Positions 39,522 to 48,763 of a stretch of 64,000 bases of DNA are shown here, piece by piece. The DNA is from Vicinamibacteria bacterium (GTDB lineage: Bacteria > Acidobacteriota > Vicinamibacteria > Marinacidobacterales > Marinacidobacteraceae): contig CAXXLQ010000004.1 in NCBI GenBank assembly GCA_963668695.2, forward strand, positions 1,536,001-1,600,000, given 5' to 3'. Made by a program: the position numbers and the translations under genes. The notes beneath the pieces are model-generated. The model searched no databases and was not told the origin of the DNA. It saw only the letters and a list, made by a program, of their open reading frames with translations. Positions within the stretch are counted from its first letter, which is position 1. The number at the start of each line of letters is the position of its first letter.

Positions 39522-40697
39522 TCACTCGGCGGCGCAGGTCGGCTCGGAACCGATGCGGCTCCGGTTGCGCGCGACGAGGTCGTACGCCGCCTGGCCGACG
39601 CGGTCGAAGACGGGAAAGAAGAACCCGATCATGCCGAGGATCGCGACGTTGCGCGCCCACGCGGGTCCCCAGTGCAAGCTCAGGAGAACGCCGAGCATGA
39701 CCAAATGGGTGACCGGGTTGTAGAGCAGCATCAACTTGACCGCGTGGAAGCCTTGAGCGATGTGCTTGCCGCCGGTGACGATGTGCAAACGCTTCGCGAG
39801 GGCGTCCGGGGCGATACCAAAGCGGTCGCCGATTCCACTCTGGAACGCGGTCCAGCGAAAGGCGCCGTCGAAATCGAAGGTCTCGAACCACCGTTTCGTC
39901 TTCGCGCAGATTCCGCAATCGCCGTCGTAGATGACCTCCGTCGTCGATTCGGGCCAGCGGGCGAACGCGAGATAGGCGGCGGGTGCTACGTAGAGAAACA
40001 GAACGAACGTGATTCCGGTGAAGACCGTCATCGACGCGTGAAACAGGATGCCGAGCCAAATCGCGAGAGGCCACCAGCGCGGCACGATGAAGCCGACGAA
40101 GAGGCTCAGTTCGGTCGCGATCGTCGCCCAGCCCATGAACTTGGACAGAGCCATCGGTGGCAGGAGAGCCGCGACGCGCGTGTAGAGGTCGTGCTCGATG
40201 TTGACGACGGTCCAGTGCTCGAAGAACTGACCGGAAAGCCAGTCGGGATCGAGCGCCTTGTTGAGTCCGGCGCCGAGGTAGATCAGCGCGATCTGTGCCC
40301 GCACGAGCCAGACCGACCGCTTCGACGCGTAGAGCCCGATGAGGGTGAGAATCGCCCCGCAGAAGAACGTGTTGTTGGCCCAGTAGATCCTCGACGAGGC
40401 GATCCCGACGAGTACCGTCGCACCGACCACGAAGGAAGCCAGCCGCACCCCGCGGTTGAAGATCAAACTGGCGGAGCCGACGAGGAACAGGATCTGCAGC
40501 GCGGTTCGGAACCGCACGGGATCCCCGATCCGGTCGAACACGGACACAAAGGGAAGGAACGGATCCGGGAGCGTCCACACGTGGCCGGTCGCGAGCATCG
40601 TGACAACGATGAGCTTGGCCGACAGCAGCAACGGTACGGGGAGCGGCGTGTCGCCGAGCCGCAGCGGATTCCACGACGGTTTCATCGTGGTGGCCAT
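39522..40697 (-). CDS. HTTM-like membrane protein with C-terminal DCC1/DUF393 thiol-disulfide oxidoreductase-like domain
   Basis: Q.ALIY.GAGLNK..PDWLSG, GILFH; VIYDGDCGIC. Confidence 0.8.
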   Translation of the reverse strand: MATTMKPSWNPLRLGDTPLPVPLLLSAKLIVVTMLATGHVWTLPDPFLPFVSVFDRIGDPVRFRTALQILFLVGSASLIFNRGVRLASFVVGATVLVGIASSRIYWANNTFFCGAILTLIGLYASKRSVWLVRAQIALIYLGAGLNKALDPDWLSGQFFEHWTVVNIEHDLYTRVAALLPPMALSKFMGWATIATELSLFVGFIVPRWWPLAIWLGILFHASMTVFTGITFVLFLYVAPAAYLAFARWPESTTEVIYDGDCGICAKTKRWFETFDFDGAFRWTAFQSGIGDRFGIAPDALAKRLHIVTGGKHIAQGFHAVKLMLLYNPVTHLVMLGVLLSLHWGPAWARNVAILGMIGFFFPVFDRVGQAAYDLVARNRSRIGSEPTCAAE

Positions 40698-41023
40698 GTC
40701 CACGTCTCCTCCGGACGTCCGTTGACGGTGAAAGCGACGACGACTCGGGCGCTGTCGTCCCGGCCGTAGGTCTGCTCGTATTGCCGGACTTTGTCGAGCA
40801 CGTGCTGGACGGCCTGCCAGTTGCCGCCCTTCGCCGGCTGCCGATAGCGCGCCTCGATCGCTTCGGGGTCGAGCTCGCGCCCGTCGATGACGACCGTGAT
40901 CGAGTAGAGGTTCTGAGAGTCCATCGGCGCCCAGCAGAAGTAGCGAGACGGGACGAAGCGCGCATAGCCGATCATGGCGATCTGGAAGCCGAGAAGTCCG
41001 ATGGCGGCGAGCGTGCGTGTCAT
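40682..41023 (-). CDS. Small hypothetical protein coupled to the HTTM-like gene
   Basis: MTRTLAAIGLL..., RYFCWAP.D, QYEQTYG, VNG.PEETWTWP; overlaps the downstream start. Confidence 0.7.
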   Translation of the reverse strand: MTRTLAAIGLLGFQIAMIGYARFVPSRYFCWAPMDSQNLYSITVVIDGRELDPEAIEARYRQPAKGGNWQAVQHVLDKVRQYEQTYGRDDSARVVVAFTVNGRPEETWTWPPR

Positions 41024-41040
41024 GCGCTTTGGACCAACCC

Positions 41041-42558
41041 CTAAGAATCGAGGATACGCGACGCACGGCGCCCAAACACGGCGCTTGCTGCCAAGCCGAC
41101 GACGACCTGAACCACGAGCGCCACCGGAGCAATCCACTGGAAGCTCACCGGGTCGCCTCCGGTCTCGGGATGGGCTCCGAAGATGGGTCCGGAGAACGCG
41201 ACGAGCACGGCCGCGGCGATACCTGCCGCGGTGCCCACGTAGGCGCCGACGGGACGCACTTGGGGAAGGAACAGCGCGAAGAGGAAGAGACCGAAAATCG
41301 GCGCGGTCAGGAGGTTCGACGTCTTGGACGTCACCTCGGTGATGTTGCCGGGGACGAGGTACATGAGGGAGCTTCCGAGCACGATGACTCCGCCGGTCGC
41401 CGCGGCGAGCCAGCGGGCCAGCCCGAGCTTGCTCGCGTCGTCGCGCGGATGCGCACGGAAGCGTCCCAGGAAGTCCGTGAGCACCACCGCTGAGATCGAG
41501 TTCACGCCGGAGTCGACGCTGGACATGGCGGCGGCGAACATGGCGGCGACGACGAGGCCCGCGATGCCGGTCGGAAGCTGGTGGCCGATGAAGAACGGGA
41601 ACACCTGGTCCGCGTCGCCGCGAAGCGACATCGCCTCGCCGAGCCGCTCGGGATGGGCCTCGAAGTAAGCGAGAAGAGCGAAGCCGACGAGCGCCAGCAC
41701 GAGCGTGACCACGGTGATGGCCGCCAACTGGGTGCGGTAGGCCCGCCGGGCCGCGCGCAGCCCGGTCGTTGCCATGAATCGCTGCACCGAAACCTGGTCG
41801 CCGCCCGCGGTGGCCGTGTACCAGACGAGCGTCGACATCAGCGTTCCGAACACGGTCACGCGCGTCGCCGGGTTCGTGCTGAACAGCGGCTGAGAGTCCC
41901 AGTTGGCATGCCACGTCGTCGGAAACCATTCGAAACCACCGAGCTCCAGGGTCACGATGCCGACAACCACCAGCGCCGCCGCGAGTAGCAGCGTGGACTG
42001 GATGCAGTCGGTGACGACGACGGCTCGCAGTCCTCCGAGGGACGTGTAGACGACCGCCACGACCGCCGTGCACAGGGCGATGAGGGGTACCGCGGATGGG
42101 CCGGCGCCGATCATCACCGTCATCGCCACCGCTGCCGCGTATACGAGAAGCGACATCCACGCGAGACGAAGAACGATGAACATCGACGCCCCGAGGAGCC
42201 GCGCCCCGGCGCCGAGGCGCACTTCGAGGAGCTCGTAGGCGCTCGTCACGCGGTGCTTCATATAGACCGGAAGCAGGCCGTAAGCGACGACGAAATAGAC
42301 GACGGGGAGCGCCAGGAGCTGAACGAGAAGGACGGGCCCCCGCCCGAGTGTTTCGCCGGGTACGGAAAGGTAGGACACCGTGCTGACGAGCGTCGCGAAC
42401 AGCGAGACGCCCACGGCGACGGGGTGAAGCCGTCCGCCCCCGACGAAGTACTCGCTCGTCGACGATTGACGTCTTCCGTAGAACCAGCCGAGCCAGAGAG
42501 TGAGACCCGCGTAGCCCGCGAGAACGAGCCAGTCGACAGCGGCCAAGCCTTGATTCAT
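41041..42558 (-). CDS. Sodium:solute symporter family transporter
   Basis: EYFVGG, SAYELLEVRLG, GGLRAVVVTD, DQVSVQRF, AAAMSSVDSG.NS. Confidence 0.93.
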   Translation of the reverse strand: MNQGLAAVDWLVLAGYAGLTLWLGWFYGRRQSSTSEYFVGGGRLHPVAVGVSLFATLVSTVSYLSVPGETLGRGPVLLVQLLALPVVYFVVAYGLLPVYMKHRVTSAYELLEVRLGAGARLLGASMFIVLRLAWMSLLVYAAAVAMTVMIGAGPSAVPLIALCTAVVAVVYTSLGGLRAVVVTDCIQSTLLLAAALVVVGIVTLELGGFEWFPTTWHANWDSQPLFSTNPATRVTVFGTLMSTLVWYTATAGGDQVSVQRFMATTGLRAARRAYRTQLAAITVVTLVLALVGFALLAYFEAHPERLGEAMSLRGDADQVFPFFIGHQLPTGIAGLVVAAMFAAAMSSVDSGVNSISAVVLTDFLGRFRAHPRDDASKLGLARWLAAATGGVIVLGSSLMYLVPGNITEVTSKTSNLLTAPIFGLFLFALFLPQVRPVGAYVGTAAGIAAAVLVAFSGPIFGAHPETGGDPVSFQWIAPVALVVQVVVGLAASAVFGRRASRILDS

Positions 42559-42605
42559 GCGCGCGGTGGCGTATAACACACTCGCGCGGAAAGGAGACTC
42601 GAACC

Positions 42606-43553
42606 ATGACACCGGCGGACGCCAAAAGAACCATTTGTGGACCGTTGATTCCGGTCATCACTCACTACCACGATGACCTCAGCGTCGATCACGATGCCGT
42701 CCGAGAGAACGTTCGCTACGTGGTGGAACGAGGCGTCCGGACCGGAAGCGGGGTGCTCCTGGCCGCCGGCGCCGGGGGCGACTTCCCGATGCTGACCCTC
42801 GACGAGAGGAAGGCAGTGAGCGAGACCGTCGTGCGGGCGGCCGACGGCCGGACGCCCGTGCTCATCGGAGCACAGGACACGAACCCCGCTGCGTCGGTCG
42901 AGCTCGCGCGCTTCGCCGAGGATATCGGCGCCTGGGGCATCCAGCTCGCGCCCGGCTATTACTACGCCTCGTCTCCCGACGACTGCTACCGGGTGTTCGA
43001 AGCGGTGCACGAAGCCACGAGCACGCTGGGAATCATGATCTACAACACGTACTGGGAGGGCTACGACATGTCGCTCGACGAGGTCGAACGGCTCGCCGAG
43101 CTGCCTCGCTGCGCCGCCCTCAAGTGGTCGACCGCGCGCGGCGTCGGCGATTACCAGCGCGGGGTCGAGCGGTTCCGGGAGCGCCTCGCCGTCATCGACA
43201 ACTACGGCCTCCAGGTCATGACCCACCTGCTCGGAGGGCGGGGATACATCACCCACCTGTGCACCGTCTGGCCCGAGCACGACCTCGAGGTGTTTCGTCT
43301 GCTGGAAGCGGGCGACTACGTCGCGGCGCAGCAGCGACTGAGCGCCGTTAACTGGCCGTGGTACGACTTCCGGGTGCGGATGTGGCGCCGCACTGGAGCG
43401 GAGAGCCCCGTCATCAACGCGGCGCTCGAGTTGACGGGCAGGAAAGGCGGCCCGAGCCGGCTCCCCACGCGCCGCCTCGACGAGTCCGAGCGCGAGGAGC
43501 TGAGAACGCTCCTCATCGACATCGGTGTGCCCGGCGTTCAGCCGGGTCCGTAG
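42606..43553 (+). CDS. DHDPS/NAL-family aldolase/lyase
   Basis: P.ITHY..D.SVD, AGAGGDF..LT.DERK, APGYYY, MIYN, ALKWS. Confidence 0.88.
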   Translation: MTPADAKRTICGPLIPVITHYHDDLSVDHDAVRENVRYVVERGVRTGSGVLLAAGAGGDFPMLTLDERKAVSETVVRAADGRTPVLIGAQDTNPAASVELARFAEDIGAWGIQLAPGYYYASSPDDCYRVFEAVHEATSTLGIMIYNTYWEGYDMSLDEVERLAELPRCAALKWSTARGVGDYQRGVERFRERLAVIDNYGLQVMTHLLGGRGYITHLCTVWPEHDLEVFRLLEAGDYVAAQQRLSAVNWPWYDFRVRMWRRTGAESPVINAALELTGRKGGPSRLPTRRLDESEREELRTLLIDIGVPGVQPGP

Positions 43554-43620
43554 TTACCGGATCTTTGGCCGGCGGATCTTCCAGGTCCTGGCGCCGGGCA
43601 GATTACGTAAACGAGGACGT

Positions 43621-43899
43621 TCAGATCGACGGCGGGCACTTCCCAGCGTCCAACTTGCGTGCGGTTTCTTCGTCTTCCAGGGCTGCGGCGGTTCGAAACG
43701 AATGGTCCAGGTTTACGAGCGGCTCTCCGAGGTCGAAGACCCGTTGCCGATAGCGACGCGGGGCCTGTGCGCGCGTCTCTTGGGCGAGTCCGGCTCGCAG
43801 GGTGTCGTTCGCGATGCGGGTGAGCGAGAGCTTCCGGGAGCGGGCGAGCCGCTCCAGTTCCTGGAGGACATCATCGTCGATCGCGAGCGTGGTACGCAT
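43621..43899 (-). CDS. VapB-like RHH antitoxin (orphan; toxin reduced to an N-terminal remnant)
   Basis: MRTTLAIDDDVL..L..LAR....SL..I.NDTLRAGL; followed by a frame reading (M)PAVDLNVLVY. Confidence 0.8.
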   Translation of the reverse strand: MRTTLAIDDDVLQELERLARSRKLSLTRIANDTLRAGLAQETRAQAPRRYRQRVFDLGEPLVNLDHSFRTAAALEDEETARKLDAGKCPPSI

Positions 43900-44042
43900 G
43901 AACGCATCATGGCATCACTGTCTACGTATCCACGCATCACCCGTCGGTAGTCCGCGTTCTGCCCGCCAGCGGCGGGCGATGCCGGTCGGAGACCGGCGGT
44001 CCCTTCCAGCCCGCACCGTCGGAGTGAAGGAGGGAGGAATTA

Positions 44043-44087
44043 TTTACGGTTTGACGTATATTCACGTGATATACGATATTGCGTATC
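44043..44087 (+). promoter_or_regulatory. hipBA promoter/operators: two TATAC-N8-GTATA-like palindromes overlapping a TTGACG -35
   Basis: TTTACGGTTTGACGTATA (44043-44060) and TATACGATATTGCGTATC (44070-44087); analogous to the HipB TATCC-N8-GGATA operator. Confidence 0.6.
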
Positions 44088-44101
44088 ACAAACGAAAGAC
44101 C

Positions 44102-44350
44102 ATGGATCCCATCGCGACGAGTCCGCGCGCCCTCGGTCAGGCGATTCGGTCGCTCCGCCGGCAGCGGGGCATGACGCAGGCCGAACTGGCGGAGGCGTGC
44201 GTGCTGCGGCAAGCCACCGTCTCGGCCGCCGAGAACGGTGCGCCCGGGACCCGGATGGCGACGGTTTTCCGGCTTCTCGCGGTGCTCGGCCGGGAGATCG
44301 TGCTCCGGGACCGCGAGTGGGTGCTCGTCGAACGAGACCATCTCGAATGA
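44102..44350 (+). CDS. hipB: HipB-like XRE HTH antitoxin
   Basis: LGQAIRSLRRQRGMTQAELAE....RQATVSAAENG. Confidence 0.88.
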   Translation: MDPIATSPRALGQAIRSLRRQRGMTQAELAEACVLRQATVSAAENGAPGTRMATVFRLLAVLGREIVLRDREWVLVERDHLE

Positions 44351-44366
44351 ACATCGGGCGTGCGGC

Positions 44367-45665
44367 ATGAGGTTTCCCGGTCGGACTCTCCACCTCTTCG
44401 AGAACGGGAGGCGTCTCGGGACGCTGACGCGCACGCCGTCCGGGCTCGCCCTCCAATACGCCCCCGATTGGCTCGCCTGGGAAGGCGCCACGCCGGTCTC
44501 GCTCTCCCTGCCGCTGGACCCGGCCGGCCACCGGGGGGAGCGGGTATTCCGATTCCTCGACAACCTGTTGCCGGACTCCGGAGGCATGCGCGCTCGGCTG
44601 GCCGCTCGCGTGGACGCTCCGGACACCCACCCGTACACCCTGCTCGCGTACCTCGGCCGCTGTTCGGCGGGCGCGCTGACCTTTGTCCCGGAAGGCGAGG
44701 ATCCCGGCCTACCCGGCGCCGTCCGGGGGACGCCGATTTCGGATGCCGAGGTGGCCCGACTGGTTGCGGAGCTGGACCGGCGTCCCCTTGGAGTCGGCCC
44801 GCGCTTTCGTATCTCGCTCGCGGGGGCGCAGCGCAAGACGGCCCTGCTGTTCTCGGATGGGGTCTGGCAACTCCCGCACGGATTCACGCCGACGACCCAC
44901 ATCCTGAAGCCCCAGATCGGCTCGCTGATGGGGGTGGACTTCAGCCGCAGCGTCGAAAACGAGTTCCTCTGCCTGAGCCTGGCGTCGGCGTTCGGGCTGG
45001 AGGTGGCCCCTGCCCGCATTGAAGACTTCGGTGAGGCTCGGGTCCTGGTGGTCGAGCGCTTCGACCGGCGCTGGACGGACGACGGCCGGCTCCTGCGGGT
45101 CCCCCACGAGGACCTCGCCCAGGCGCTCGGGGTCGCGGCAGGCCGAAAGTACGAGATGGACGGGGGACCCGGGATGATTCGGCTCCTCGGACTGCTCGAA
45201 GGTTCGGTCGCTTCGGAGAAGGACCGCCGCAGCTTCCTCCGGGCGCAGATCGTCTTCTGGCTCCTCGCCGCGATTGACGGCCATGCCAAGAACTACAGCC
45301 TGCGGCTGCTCCCCGGGAGCAGGTTCCGCCTCGCGCCGCTCTACGACATCGTCTCGGTGCAGCCGGCGCTCACCGGCGGGGGACTTCCGGCCGACGAAGC
45401 AGTGGTGTCGCTTGCGGTCGGAGACGCCGGTTTGCGGGTGGTGGATCGCATCGGACCGCAGCATTTCGTCGAGACCGCGAGAGCCGCCGGCGTTCCCGCG
45501 CGAGTCCTTCGAAGCCTCTTTGCAGAGCTGATCGAAACGCGCGCCAGGGCCTTCGAGGCCGTGCGTGAAGGCCTGCCTGACGATTTCCCGCACACCATGG
45601 AGGTTGCCATCTTCGACGCCATCACGGTCCGGCTGCAGGAGACCGCGGGCTATCTGAAGGGGTGA
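44367..45665 (+). CDS. hipA: HipA family Ser/Thr kinase toxin
   Basis: PVSLSLP, FLDNLLPD, RISLAGAQRKTAL, THILKP, VENE, VERFDR, DGHAKNYS, LAPLYD. Confidence 0.95.
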   Translation: MRFPGRTLHLFENGRRLGTLTRTPSGLALQYAPDWLAWEGATPVSLSLPLDPAGHRGERVFRFLDNLLPDSGGMRARLAARVDAPDTHPYTLLAYLGRCSAGALTFVPEGEDPGLPGAVRGTPISDAEVARLVAELDRRPLGVGPRFRISLAGAQRKTALLFSDGVWQLPHGFTPTTHILKPQIGSLMGVDFSRSVENEFLCLSLASAFGLEVAPARIEDFGEARVLVVERFDRRWTDDGRLLRVPHEDLAQALGVAAGRKYEMDGGPGMIRLLGLLEGSVASEKDRRSFLRAQIVFWLLAAIDGHAKNYSLRLLPGSRFRLAPLYDIVSVQPALTGGGLPADEAVVSLAVGDAGLRVVDRIGPQHFVETARAAGVPARVLRSLFAELIETRARAFEAVREGLPDDFPHTMEVAIFDAITVRLQETAGYLKG

Positions 45666-45797
45666 GCCGGCGGCCGGTCCCACCTCGCGGGGTTTCGGCC
45701 ATTCCCACTGGTCCGATAAGGCGGGGCAAGCTCAGCCTGCGCGCAGCGATGCCGGTCTTCATGAAGACCGGCGTTCCCTCCCTTTCCCGCCGGGCTC

Positions 45798-47201
45798 CTA
45801 CCCCCGCGTGGCGTGGCGGGCGATCACGGTGGCAACGGCCTCGGTGAGGCGCTTCGCGTAGGCGATCTCCAGGAACTCGTTCGGGCCGTGGGCGTTGGAG
45901 CCCGGGCCGAGGACGCCGGTGATGACGAACTGCGCCTCCGGGAAGCGCTCGCCGAGCATCCCCATGAACGGGATGGAGCCGCCCTCCCCCATGTGCATGG
46001 CGGGTTTCCCATAGGCGCCCATCGAGGCCTCGTCGAGCGCGGCGCCAAGCCAGGGGGCGAGCGCGGGCGCCGACCAACCCTGCGCCGGTTCGTGGAAGTG
46101 CAGGGTTACCTTGGCGCCGAACGGCGGATCGCGCTCCACGATCTCCCGGATCGCGGCCTGGGCTGCCGCCGGATCCACGGTGGGCGGAATCCGGATCGAA
46201 AGGTTCAGGGTGACCTGGGGCAGGAGGACGTTTCCGGCCTTTGCCAGCGAGGGCAATCCATCCTGTCCGGTCACCGCGAGGTTCGGGCGCCAGGTGCGGT
46301 TCAGGATGAGCTCGCTGGTGGGGACGCCCGGCCTGCCGGTGTTCCCGGCCCAGGGAAACCGGGTGAAAGTGTCCGGGCCCAGGGTCTCGGCTGCCGCTTC
46401 CGCCTGCGCGATCCGCTCGGCGGGGATGTCGGCGTGGAGCGCGTCGGGGACGATGCGGTCCGTTCCCGGTTCCTCGAGCCGGTCGAGCAGCTTCCGCAGC
46501 ACCAGGAAGGGCGCCGGGACGACCCCGCCGGCGTCGCCCGAGTGGACGCCCTCGGTGAGGACCTCAGCCTTCAGCGTGCCGCCGACCATCCCGCGGAGCG
46601 AGGTGGTGGACCAGAGTTGATCGTAGTTACCGGCACCCGAGTCGAGACAGATCACCAGGTCGGGGGTGCCGATCACGTCGGCGAAGGACTCCATGTAGGC
46701 GGGGAGGTCCGGCGAGCCGCTCTCTTCGGAGAACTCGACGAGCAGGACCACCCGGGCCCGCTTCTTCCCCTCGCGCGCGACCGCCTTGAGCGCCGCGAGC
46801 GCGCAGTAGAGCGCGTAGCCGTCGTCGGCGCCGCCGCGACCGTAAAGCTTGTCGCCCTCGCGGACCGGACTCCACGGTCCGAGTCCTTGGCGCCAGCCGA
46901 CCATCTCGGGCTGTTTGTCCAGATGGCCGTACATCAGGATCGTCCCGTCCGCCTCGCCGGGGCAGTCGAGCAGCAGCAGCGGCGTGCGTCCGGGGATGCG
47001 CCCGACGTGGAGGACGGCATCGTCCGGCGCGTGCTTCGCCATGAACCTTTTGCCCATCTGGAGCGCCGCTTCCATGTGGCCGTGCGCCTCCCAGTCGGGG
47101 TCGAAGAGCACGGAGACGTTCGGCACGGCGACGTATTCGGTGAGGGAGGGGAGGATCTCGTCCTCCCAGAAACGGTCCAGGAAGTCGCGGGTGTCGCTCA
47201 T
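45798..47201 (-). CDS. M20/M25/M40 family metallopeptidase
   Basis: YGHLDKQP, LYGRGGADDG, SEESGS, HSGDAGG, GEGGSIPF, NAHGPNE. Confidence 0.93.
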   Translation of the reverse strand: MSDTRDFLDRFWEDEILPSLTEYVAVPNVSVLFDPDWEAHGHMEAALQMGKRFMAKHAPDDAVLHVGRIPGRTPLLLLDCPGEADGTILMYGHLDKQPEMVGWRQGLGPWSPVREGDKLYGRGGADDGYALYCALAALKAVAREGKKRARVVLLVEFSEESGSPDLPAYMESFADVIGTPDLVICLDSGAGNYDQLWSTTSLRGMVGGTLKAEVLTEGVHSGDAGGVVPAPFLVLRKLLDRLEEPGTDRIVPDALHADIPAERIAQAEAAAETLGPDTFTRFPWAGNTGRPGVPTSELILNRTWRPNLAVTGQDGLPSLAKAGNVLLPQVTLNLSIRIPPTVDPAAAQAAIREIVERDPPFGAKVTLHFHEPAQGWSAPALAPWLGAALDEASMGAYGKPAMHMGEGGSIPFMGMLGERFPEAQFVITGVLGPGSNAHGPNEFLEIAYAKRLTEAVATVIARHATRG

Positions 47202-47243
47202 GGGCGGCGATTCTAGGGCGCGAGGACGCCCGGCCGCGTCGAG

Positions 47244-48153
47244 CACCCTGTGGTGAAACCCAGGCGGCCCAGTTCTCCCGGTGGGGGCTCGCCCGGCGAT
47301 CCATCCCGGCCAAACAACCGGTAGCGAAACCCACGCGGCCCAGTTCTCCCGGTGGGGGCTCGGCCGGCGATCCATCCCGGCCAAACAGCCGGTAGTGAAA
47401 CCCGCGCGGCCCAGTTCTCCCGGTGGGGGCTCGGCCGGCGATCCATCCCGGCCAAACAACCGGTGATGAAACCCACGCGGCGTTCGGCCGGCGATCCATC
47501 CCGGCTGACCGCGTCGCTTCGCGCCGCTCATCGTTGCGTTTCAGTCGGAATACACCCGGTATTCCTCCCTCACGCGCCTTGTCATCCGGGCGCCTCCCCG
47601 GCCTCGGCGCTCACCCGGGTTCCACCACCGGCTGTTAACCGCGTCGCTGCGCGCCGCTCATCGTTGCGTTTCGGTCGAAATACACGCGGGCCAGTTCTCC
47701 CGGTGGGGGCTCCTCCCTCGCGCGCCTTGTCAGCCGGGCCCCCACCGGGAGGACTGGCCCCACCGGGAGAACTGGGCCTCCCCGGCCTCGGCGCTCACGT
47801 GGGTTCCACCACCGGCTGTTCACCACTGCGCTTCGCTCCGTTCTGCGTTGCGTTTCGGTCGAAATACACCCGGGCCAGTTCTCCCGGTGGCGGGCTCGGG
47901 CATTTCTCCCTCACGCTCCTCCCTCGCGCGCCTTGTCAGCCGGGCCCCCACCGGGAGGACTGGCCCCACCGGGAGAACTGGGCCTCCCCGGCCTCGGCGC
48001 TCACGTGGGTTCCACCACCGGCTGTTCACCACTGCGCTTCGCTCCGTTCTGCGTTGCGTTTCGGTCGAAATACACCCGGTATTCCTCCCTCACGCGCCTT
48101 GTCAGCCGGACCCCCACCGGGCTCGGCGCTCACCCGGGTTCCACCACAGGCTG
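47244..48153. mobile_element. Compound cluster of the modular element (several nested or tandem copies, 71-bp subrepeats)
   Basis: Left end CACCCTGTGGTGAAACC; internal ends ...CCACCACCGGCTG; right end CCACAGGCTG-CTAG. Confidence 0.78.
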
Positions 48154-48202
48154 CTAGCGGACGCAGCGAAGCGTCCGATACAGTGGCGAGCGTCGCGATG
48201 GC

Positions 48203-48763
48203 ATGAACGGCCTCCTGAGACGCCTCTGGCGAACGCTCGAAACCGGCGCTGCACTGACCCTCGGCCTCATGGCCGCTCTCGTGATCTACCAGGTGGGCGC
48301 CCGCTACCTGTTCGGAAGCCCACCGAGCTGGACCGAGGAGCTCGCCCGCTTCCTGCAGGTCTGGCTCGTGCTGCTGGCGTCGCCGGTATGTCTCCGGCGC
48401 GGGATGCACCTCGCCGTGGACTACGTATCGCCCCGGCTCCCGCCGGGCGCCCGGGTGGCCCTCCGAACCGGGGTGCTCCTGATTTCGGCTGTCTTCTGCC
48501 TGACGTTCGCCGTCTACGGAACGCGCCTCCTGGCCGTCGCGGACCTCCAGACCTCCCCGGCCCTCGGGATCTCGATGGTCTGGCCCTATCTGGCGGTTCC
48601 GGTCAGCGGGGTGCTGATGGCGGTGGCGGCGGCGGTCCTCATCGTTTCCGAAATCCGGGGACGGGCAGTCGGGGAGTCAGACGGGGAATCAGACGGGCAA
48701 TCCGACTGGCAATCCGACCGGGAATCCGACCGGGAATCCGACCGGGAAGGTGACGAGCCGTGA
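48203..48763 (+). CDS. dctQ: TRAP transporter small permease
   Basis: QV.ARY.F..P.SWTEELAR, HLAVD, SPALGISM.W.Y. Confidence 0.9.
   Translation: MNGLLRRLWRTLETGAALTLGLMAALVIYQVGARYLFGSPPSWTEELARFLQVWLVLLASPVCLRRGMHLAVDYVSPRLPPGARVALRTGVLLISAVFCLTFAVYGTRLLAVADLQTSPALGISMVWPYLAVPVSGVLMAVAAAVLIVSEIRGRAVGESDGESDGQSDWQSDRESDRESDREGDEP
48671..48748 (+). repeat. About 6 x 12-bp in-frame repeat at the dctQ 3' end (xESD/xQSD)
   Basis: GGGGAGTCAGAC GGGGAATCAGAC GGGCAATCCGAC TGGCAATCCGAC CGGGAATCCGAC CGGGAATCCGAC. Confidence 0.85.
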
